Positions 63,948-64,000 of a stretch of 64,000 nt of DNA are shown in pieces; within the stretch, counting starts at the first letter, position 1, and each line of letters begins with the position of its first letter. The notes under the pieces were generated by a model. That model worked only from the letters and a program-made list of their open reading frames with translations. It was not told the origin of the DNA and made no database searches. Origin of the DNA: Bacteroidales bacterium (lineage in GTDB: Bacteria > Bacteroidota > Bacteroidia > Bacteroidales > WCHB1-69). The stretch is taken from the NCBI GenBank assembly GCA_017525245.1, contig JAFXTE010000035.1, forward strand, positions 2,497 to 66,496, in the 5' to 3' direction. The translations under genes and the position numbers were made by a program.

Positions 63948-64000
63948 GAAGTTAATCTGCGGGTTCGTGGTTCCGTTTGGCCGGCCAGCGCATTATTTTT

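Noticed and set aside
1-64000. Search for tRNA, rRNA, tmRNA, RNase P or SRP RNA
   Set aside because: I found no GGTTCGAATCC-type T-arm, no SRP domain IV consensus and no rRNA-like stretch in the non-coding regions. E1 and E2 do not match the 4.5S consensus.

Overview
Bacteroidota-type chromosomal window, probably Prevotellaceae-like. This is inferred from TAnnTTTG -7 promoter boxes, T9SS C-terminal sorting domains, and FISUMP, DUF4230 and DUF4290 families. GC-rich housekeeping genes are present: lepA, ribBA, prfB with its programmed +1 frameshift, tcdA, an NSS transporter, an ABC-2 exporter, a polyprenyl glycosylphosphotransferase, a TonB-dependent receptor, a GH29 fucosidase, an LtaS-like sulfatase, an SPFH protein and a patatin/Omp85 protein. 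They are interrupted by visibly AT-rich accessory blocks. (i) About 3.1-8.5 kb is wedged between a radical-SAM DNA-repair gene and its usual TIGR03915-like partner. It carries a PIN toxin-antitoxin pair, a structured RNA-like element, MITE-like repeats, orphan membrane proteins and an AAA ATPase. (ii) About 14.4-32.5 kb is an ~18 kb mosaic island. It carries AbiE, an HTH gene plus AAA ATPase, an envelope-protein operon (OmpA-like, two DUF4230), three diverged PD-(D/E)xK-like paralogues, a zincin-like protein, two DUF234-type ATPases (one truncated) and a HEPN-MNT pair. The most interesting signal is how this island is built. Its modules are delimited by three separate junction-repeat classes: a 16-mer (4 copies), a 33-nt purine-rich leader placed 20-25 nt before start codons (6 copies, integron-like array), and five copies of the 3' end of a small membrane-protein gene just upstream of tcdA. 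Also notable are two copies of a long structured element with covarying stems and conserved loops, and heptanucleotide-periodic tracts in many intergenic regions, some forming inverted pairs around genes. I recognised no integrase, transposase, CRISPR array, tRNA or rRNA in the window.
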